DNA of 64,000 nucleotides from an uncultured bacterium (GTDB lineage Bacteria; Hydrothermota; Tepidihabitantia; SM23-42): NCBI GenBank assembly GCA_964419565.1, contig CAYQPW010000005.1, positions 22,297 to 86,296 of the forward strand, read 5' to 3'. Shown piece by piece: positions 58,874 to 64,000 of this stretch (position 1 is its first letter; each line of letters starts with the position of its first letter). The notes under the pieces were generated by a model. It saw only the letters and a program-made list of their open reading frames with translations, ran no database searches and was not told where the DNA came from. The position numbers and the translations under genes were made by a program.

Positions 58874-59794
58874 ATGGATAACAAAGGCATGCCTTCGCAC
58901 CATGGTGTAAAGGAAGACCGAATCAAGCAGTATCCGAACGAGACGATGCGAATTTTGAATGAACGTGCTAGTTGCCGGCAATTTTCCGATAGGAGTATTG
59001 AGCCAGAGACCCTTGAACAGATACTCGAAGCAGGTGTTCATTCACCGACCGGCGGTAACCTTCAACCGTATTCAATAATAAAAATCGAGAATGCAGAAAA
59101 AAGGCAGAAGCTCGCTGATATGTGCGGTCAAAAATTCATTGGCGATGCACCGGTCAATTTGCTTTTTTGTATTGATTGGCACCGTCTCAGACGATGGTCA
59201 GAGATTGAAAAGGCGCCATTTAGTGCGATGTGTTCTTTCCGCCATTTCTGGATATCATTCCAGGATACTATAATATGCGCGCAGAATATTTGCACAGCAG
59301 CGGACGCGCTCGGTCTGGGATCTGTATATATCGGTACAATAATGGAATTCTTTAAAGAAATAAAAGATATGTTCAGATTTCCAAAAGGCGTCTTCCCGGT
59401 TGTTTTGCTGTGTCTTGGTTATGCTAAAACCAGTCCTTTTGTACGGCGAAAACTGGGTGTTAGAACGGTCGTTCATAGTGAAGAATACCATGAATTGAGC
59501 GACAGTGATTTGACCTCGGTCTTTAATGAAAAATATCCCAATATAAGGATCGAGATAACCGATAAAAGATTGGCGAGGATCGAAGAAGTCTGCAATATCG
59601 TGCATGGTCATGCGTTTTCTAAAGAATGCCTCAATAGGATCCAGGAAAATGGTTATATAAATGCTGCGCAGCGCTATTTTGGTCTTCATTATTGTGCTGA
59701 TGTTATGCCCGAGGGCAACGACGATTTTCTGAAGATCATGGAGGAGTACGGTTTTCACTGGTTTAAAAAATATCGACCACACAAGGAGGAATAA
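58874..59794 (+). CDS. Nitroreductase-family flavoprotein with a C-terminal extension
   Basis: 'RASCRQFSDRSIEPETLEQILEAGVHSPTGGNLQPY' is the nitroreductase N-terminal block. Confidence 0.65.
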   Translation: MDNKGMPSHHGVKEDRIKQYPNETMRILNERASCRQFSDRSIEPETLEQILEAGVHSPTGGNLQPYSIIKIENAEKRQKLADMCGQKFIGDAPVNLLFCIDWHRLRRWSEIEKAPFSAMCSFRHFWISFQDTIICAQNICTAADALGLGSVYIGTIMEFFKEIKDMFRFPKGVFPVVLLCLGYAKTSPFVRRKLGVRTVVHSEEYHELSDSDLTSVFNEKYPNIRIEITDKRLARIEEVCNIVHGHAFSKECLNRIQENGYINAAQRYFGLHYCADVMPEGNDDFLKIMEEYGFHWFKKYRPHKEE

Positions 59795-60229
59795 ATGAGC
59801 CGTGTTAAACTCGATCTGCCTGAGGATTTCAGATTCTCTACAGAATTAGCCGTACGCATCGGCGATATCAATTATGGGGGTCACCTGGGTAATGATTCGG
59901 TTCTATCCATGGTTCATGAAGCAAGGGTCAGGTTCTTGAAACATTATGGATTTACTGAAGCAGATATCGATGGCACGGGTATTATAATGACCGATGCTGT
60001 TATTATCTACAAGGCAGAAGGTTTTTATGGTAATATCTTGAGGATCGAAGTGGATGTCAGCGATCTGAGTAAGGTCGGTTGTGATTTTATTTTCAGATTA
60101 ACTGATAAAGAAAAAGGTTCTGAGATCGCTCGTGCCAAAACCGGTGTGGTTTTTTTCGACTATGAGCGGAGAAGAATAATGCCTGTGCCGGAAAAATTCA
60201 AAAATCTTTTTTATGACCGTAGCGATTAA
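59795..60229 (+). CDS. Hotdog-fold acyl-CoA thioesterase (4HBT/YbgC-like)
   Basis: 'GDINYGGHLGNDSVLSMVHEARVRFL' is present. Confidence 0.65.
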   Translation: MSRVKLDLPEDFRFSTELAVRIGDINYGGHLGNDSVLSMVHEARVRFLKHYGFTEADIDGTGIIMTDAVIIYKAEGFYGNILRIEVDVSDLSKVGCDFIFRLTDKEKGSEIARAKTGVVFFDYERRRIMPVPEKFKNLFYDRSD

Positions 60230-60247
60230 ATTATCGGATTCGATAAT

Positions 60248-61741
60248 ATGAAAGATGATATCCAAAAACCATTGTTAAAAATAGCATTTGCGGGTATCGT
60301 GGTAATTTTCTGCATAATACGGGTTTTCAACCTGGCGGCTGATGTGCCGGCGCGTATTACCTGGTCTTCCGAGATCTATGGGGATGAGGGATTGTATGTG
60401 CGCAATGCTGTTGCCAAGGCAGTTACAGGTAATTGGTTATTGTCAATGGAGAGTAATCCAATCGTCGTCATGCCCGTTTTTCAATTCATTGAGTATGCGT
60501 TCTTTAAAATAATGGGGATAAATCTCTGTAGTGCCAGATTTGCCGGGGTATTATTCTTCACAGGTACGATGTTTTTTCTTTATCTTATTTACCGTCGTTT
60601 TACCAGTAGCATAATGAGTTTCGGTATTTTGGCGCTTGTTTCGTGCAATCATCTTCTATTTGTCTACAGCCGTTTAGCATTGAATGAGAATCTTATGTTG
60701 CTGCTTACGGTCATTGCTTTTTACTTGAGTTTTGTTTACCACAAGCATTCTATATTAACACTGGTCATGCCGTTTGTGATCTTTCTTGCTGTATTGGCGA
60801 AGATCTCTGCTTTATCAATCTGGATACCAGTGATCTTTGTGATATTGTATGGTGATAATGATTTCTGCATAACCTCCCAAAAGCTCAAGCGTATCGGTTT
60901 ATCCTTTCTCTTCTTTTTTGTTCTGTGTATTTTTTATGTAATTCTGGTGATAAACCCGTATCGTAATTATGGCGGTTATTATCTTGCGATTGTTCCGATT
61001 TTCCCGGATTCTATGCACGGCATTTATTCTGTTATTTATGCAGTATTTAAAATCTTAAGGAATGGTTATTTGATAATGCATGGTATTTACTGTATCGGAT
61101 ATATCGCCGGGATTATCGGTATCGTCGGGGTGTTTTTTTTAAAGAGACTGCCATATCGCCGACTACTGATCGCATTTGCCCTCTGGGTCATTGTCTACGC
61201 GATCGCTGGAGCGATCGGCGGTGGTTATAACCCGCCCCGTTATTACATCTTTACGATCATCCCGTTGATATCGATCATGGGTTTTCTGATAAGTAATTTA
61301 TGGTCTTCGTTATCAAAATATGTTAACATCGTTAGGATCTTTTTTATTTTGATACTATCGAGCTATGTTGTACTGAATGCCGGTCGAACGATCGTCTATA
61401 TTATTCATCCTGAATGGTCATTTGTCAGAATGGCAGAGGATATCAGCCAGACAATCAGAGATACCCAGGAAAAACCGGTCATAATCACTGATATCGTTGA
61501 TACGTTTGCTTTAGCTTCAGGTATGCTGGTATTAAATATGGAGACCGGTCCGGCTGACAAGTACTTGAAATTAGAACGGTACAAACCGAGTTTTCTGATC
61601 ACCCTCGGTTCGATTACTGATCATGGAGAAAATTACCAGTATATTACAGATTATGCTGAGCTTAGACTGCTGAAGAGATACGATGTCTTTCACAACCACC
61701 ATAATGGTAAACCCGTTTACTTTTACCAATTGATCCGTTAA
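60248..61741 (+). CDS. Polytopic membrane glycosyltransferase, GT39/GT83 (ArnT/PMT-like)
   Basis: It has about 12 TM helices. The N-terminal loop 'SSEIYGDEGLYVRNA' is the DE motif region. Confidence 0.5.
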   Translation: MKDDIQKPLLKIAFAGIVVIFCIIRVFNLAADVPARITWSSEIYGDEGLYVRNAVAKAVTGNWLLSMESNPIVVMPVFQFIEYAFFKIMGINLCSARFAGVLFFTGTMFFLYLIYRRFTSSIMSFGILALVSCNHLLFVYSRLALNENLMLLLTVIAFYLSFVYHKHSILTLVMPFVIFLAVLAKISALSIWIPVIFVILYGDNDFCITSQKLKRIGLSFLFFFVLCIFYVILVINPYRNYGGYYLAIVPIFPDSMHGIYSVIYAVFKILRNGYLIMHGIYCIGYIAGIIGIVGVFFLKRLPYRRLLIAFALWVIVYAIAGAIGGGYNPPRYYIFTIIPLISIMGFLISNLWSSLSKYVNIVRIFFILILSSYVVLNAGRTIVYIIHPEWSFVRMAEDISQTIRDTQEKPVIITDIVDTFALASGMLVLNMETGPADKYLKLERYKPSFLITLGSITDHGENYQYITDYAELRLLKRYDVFHNHHNGKPVYFYQLIR

Positions 61742-61814
61742 AGTGACGAGTCATGGGGCTTGACTACTTATTCTTTATAGTTAGTATATTCAGGAAATTT
61801 GGAGGAGATCGACG

Positions 61815-62624
61815 ATGAAAAAAATATCACTCAATGAGGAAATGAAAAAAATTATCCATGATATCGGCGAAGTAGGCGGCTATCTTTGGCAACGGGGTTG
61901 GGCAGAAGGGAATGCTGGTAATATCTCCGTAGATATAACAGATATGGTCGAGAAAAGAGGGCAAGTTTTTGACGCATACCCCAAGGTGGAAAGACCAATA
62001 GGCGAACCGATATGTGGGGGGCGTTGTTTTCTAATGACCTCTGCTGGTTCACGTATGCATGAGCTTAAAGATTATCCTGAGGAGAAAATGATCGTATTCT
62101 ATATCACAGACGAGCTAGATGGATACCATGTACTCTGGGGTGGTCAGGGAAGCGGGTCAAATCCGACAACAGAATTTGTCTCTCATCTGAAGATTCACAG
62201 TTTCCTTTTTGAAAATAATCCGGACCAGAAAGCTGTTGTCCACACACATCCGCATCATTTGGTCGCCCTTACCCATATCGAATTATATGATCAAGAAGAA
62301 GCGATCAATCGATTACTCTGGTCAATACATCCGGAGCTCAAGATGTTTTTACCTGAGGGTGTTGGTTTAGCTCCATATCGCTGTCCGGGTACTGCGGACC
62401 TGGCCGAGGTGACTATAACTGCTTTAAAAAAACACCGTGTTGTATTGTGGGAAAAACACGGTTGTCTGGCAACGGGGATCGATATTTTTGATGCCTTTGA
62501 TCTGGTGGATATTGTAAATAAAGCTGCCCAGATATTCTTATTATGCAGATCTGCGGGTTATGAAGTCCAGGGTTTGAGCGAAAACCAGATCAAGGAATTG
62601 AAAGACCGTTTTCTTGCGACCTGA
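61815..62624 (+). CDS. Class II aldolase/adducin-domain protein
   Basis: 'AEGNAGNISV' and the metal-binding 'VHTHPHHLVAL' are present. Confidence 0.65.
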   Translation: MKKISLNEEMKKIIHDIGEVGGYLWQRGWAEGNAGNISVDITDMVEKRGQVFDAYPKVERPIGEPICGGRCFLMTSAGSRMHELKDYPEEKMIVFYITDELDGYHVLWGGQGSGSNPTTEFVSHLKIHSFLFENNPDQKAVVHTHPHHLVALTHIELYDQEEAINRLLWSIHPELKMFLPEGVGLAPYRCPGTADLAEVTITALKKHRVVLWEKHGCLATGIDIFDAFDLVDIVNKAAQIFLLCRSAGYEVQGLSENQIKELKDRFLAT

Positions 62625-62649
62625 AGACTTTCATCATGAGGAGAAAAAA

Positions 62650-63729
62650 ATGAGTGATGAGGTTTTTGAGCGTCTTGCGCAAGCTTTGGATGACCTGCCG
62701 AACGGATTTCCCAGAACCTCTTCGAATGTTGAAATAGCACTGCTCAAGAAAATCTTTTCAAGAGAAGAAGCAGAAATCGCATCGTGTCTTACCGGCAAGA
62801 TGGAGAATGCGGCGGTAATCGCCGAGCGTATCGGTTTGGAAGAAGATCTCGTACAGAAAAGACTAATCGCCCTTGCGAAACGTGGTTTTATCTGGCTTTC
62901 AAAGAGAGATCACAAACTGCGATTTAGATTAGCTCCGTTTGTCGTGGGTATTTATGAGGCATTTCTTCTGGATATGGACCATGAGGCAGCGCATCTTTTT
63001 GAGGAGTATATGGCTGAAGGCGGCGCTGCCGGGATCATGAAACCCCAACCCGCTTTGCATCGGGTTGTTCCGGCTCACGGTACGGTGAAATCTGAACATA
63101 TCATGCCGTATGATGATATCAGGGCGATGTTGAATGCGGCAAGATCATTTCGCGTACAGGACTGTATTTGTCGTGTGCAGCAGGATCTACTGGGTGATCG
63201 CAAATGCACTTTCCCGGTTAAGATGTGTTTGATTTTCTCACCGGTCGAGCGTCCTGCACATCCAGATAAGATATCCAAAGAAGAAGCCCTGGCACTGCTC
63301 GATAAAGCAGAGGAAGTGGGTCTGGTCCATACCGTGAGCAATGTCGTAAAGGATATTTTCTACGTGTGTAATTGTTGCGGTTGCTGCTGCGGTATATTAC
63401 GCGGTATAACTGATTGGGGGATTGAAGAGTCGATTGCTTATGCAAATTATTACGCAAAAGTAAATCCTGACGAATGTACCGATTGCGGGACATGTATTGA
63501 AAGGTGTCAGGTCAACGCGATACAGGAACAGGATGGAGTAGCTGTGGTACAGCGAGAAAGATGTATCGGCTGTGGATTGTGCGTTACCGGTTGTACTGCG
63601 GATGCGGTGCGGCTCATTAAAAAACCAGATGCCGAGATCGTTCACCCGCCCGAGGATTTTGCCGCCTGGGAAAAGCAACGACTGCGCAGCCGCGGTTTGA
63701 CTGAACAAGGAAAGAACGATGTTTCTTGA
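62650..63729 (+). CDS. Iron-sulfur protein with a C-terminal 2x[4Fe-4S] ferredoxin domain
   Basis: 'CTDCGTCIERC' and 'CIGCGLCVTGC' are the two cluster motifs. GAGGAG lies 7 nt before the ATG. Confidence 0.55.
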   Translation: MSDEVFERLAQALDDLPNGFPRTSSNVEIALLKKIFSREEAEIASCLTGKMENAAVIAERIGLEEDLVQKRLIALAKRGFIWLSKRDHKLRFRLAPFVVGIYEAFLLDMDHEAAHLFEEYMAEGGAAGIMKPQPALHRVVPAHGTVKSEHIMPYDDIRAMLNAARSFRVQDCICRVQQDLLGDRKCTFPVKMCLIFSPVERPAHPDKISKEEALALLDKAEEVGLVHTVSNVVKDIFYVCNCCGCCCGILRGITDWGIEESIAYANYYAKVNPDECTDCGTCIERCQVNAIQEQDGVAVVQRERCIGCGLCVTGCTADAVRLIKKPDAEIVHPPEDFAAWEKQRLRSRGLTEQGKNDVS

Positions 63730-64000
63730 TATCCCAAAGCGTGTTCTTGAGCGTATGGACTATCTCGAGAAGCTTAACCATGAGCATCGTCATAACAAAA
63801 CAGACAAGTGGCATAGATTGCGTCAAATCCCTCCGGAAACCGGAAAATTTCTTGCGTTACTTGCCGCCTGTGCACAGCCCGGGCAGTATCTGGAAATAGG
63901 GACGAGCGGCGGATACTCGGCACTCTGGATCACGTTGGCTTGTAGAGAACTCGATCGTAAGCTTACGACCTTTGAGATATTAAAGGAAAAGATCGAGATC
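63719..64000 (+). CDS. Class I SAM-dependent O-methyltransferase (family 3-like), N-terminal part; it runs off the window
   Basis: 'LEIGTSGGYSALWI' is motif I. There is no stop before the window end. Confidence 0.5.
   Translation, partial: MFLDIPKRVLERMDYLEKLNHEHRHNKTDKWHRLRQIPPETGKFLALLAACAQPGQYLEIGTSGGYSALWITLACRELDRKLTTFEILKEKIEI

Overview
This 64-kb window looks like chromosomal DNA from an anaerobic bacterium of the Fibrobacteres-Chlorobi-Bacteroidetes (FCB) superphylum, probably an uncultivated lineage. It is gene-dense (about 48 CDS), has many 4-nt ATGA start/stop overlaps, and I found no rRNA, tRNA or CRISPR.

The main themes are:
- **T9SS cargo.** Six large secreted proteins end in a type IX secretion (T9SS) C-terminal sorting domain. 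Their ends read '..GIYFVRFD..KIIFLKE', '..GIYFVIL..KFLVIK', '..GIYFVRDS..KIIAY', '..GVYFLKSD..VVVLK', '..GVYFIELI..KVIKLK' and '..GIYFVVLK..KVVFLY'. The cargo includes a C25 gingipain-like peptidase with a poly-C frameshift, a 13x tandem-repeat protein, a BNR/sialidase-like protein, a glycine-rich protein and a plant-type glutaminyl cyclase. A 1801-aa outer-membrane beta-barrel protein is a candidate T9SS translocon (SprA/Sov-like).
- **Envelope glycan genes.** These are lpxB (partial), three GT39/GT83-like membrane glycosyltransferases (one fused to TPR repeats, resembling the eukaryotic TMTC O-mannosyltransferases), a GT4, a GT2 fused to a bacterial sugar transferase, three NAD-dependent epimerases/dehydratases, an LptE-like lipoprotein and a B12-binding radical SAM protein.
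- **Core metabolism.** These are ispA-dxs, GTP-dependent PEP carboxykinase, tyrS, priA, comEA, a carbon-nitrogen hydrolase, a LUD-domain protein, and a [NiFe] hydrogenase operon (small subunit, large subunit, maturation protease) next to an NrdG-like radical SAM and a GlcD-like FAD oxidase.
- **Peptidases.** These are two tandem M42 peptidases, one each of M23, S9 and M28, and the C25 peptidase above.

The most unusual locus is at about 22.2-26.5 kb. A 502-aa bitopic membrane protein ends in a strictly periodic (A-C-H-S)n Cys/His tail, about 10 Cys at i,i+4 spacing, encoded by a 24-nt DNA tandem repeat. It is translationally coupled (TAATG) to a radical SAM/SPASM enzyme that carries an N-terminal PqqD-like peptide-recognition (RRE) domain. 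A further membrane protein follows. The locus has its own sigma70-like promoter and a strong RBS. I read this as a candidate undescribed system in which a RiPP-type maturase acts on the Cys-repeat tail of a large membrane protein.
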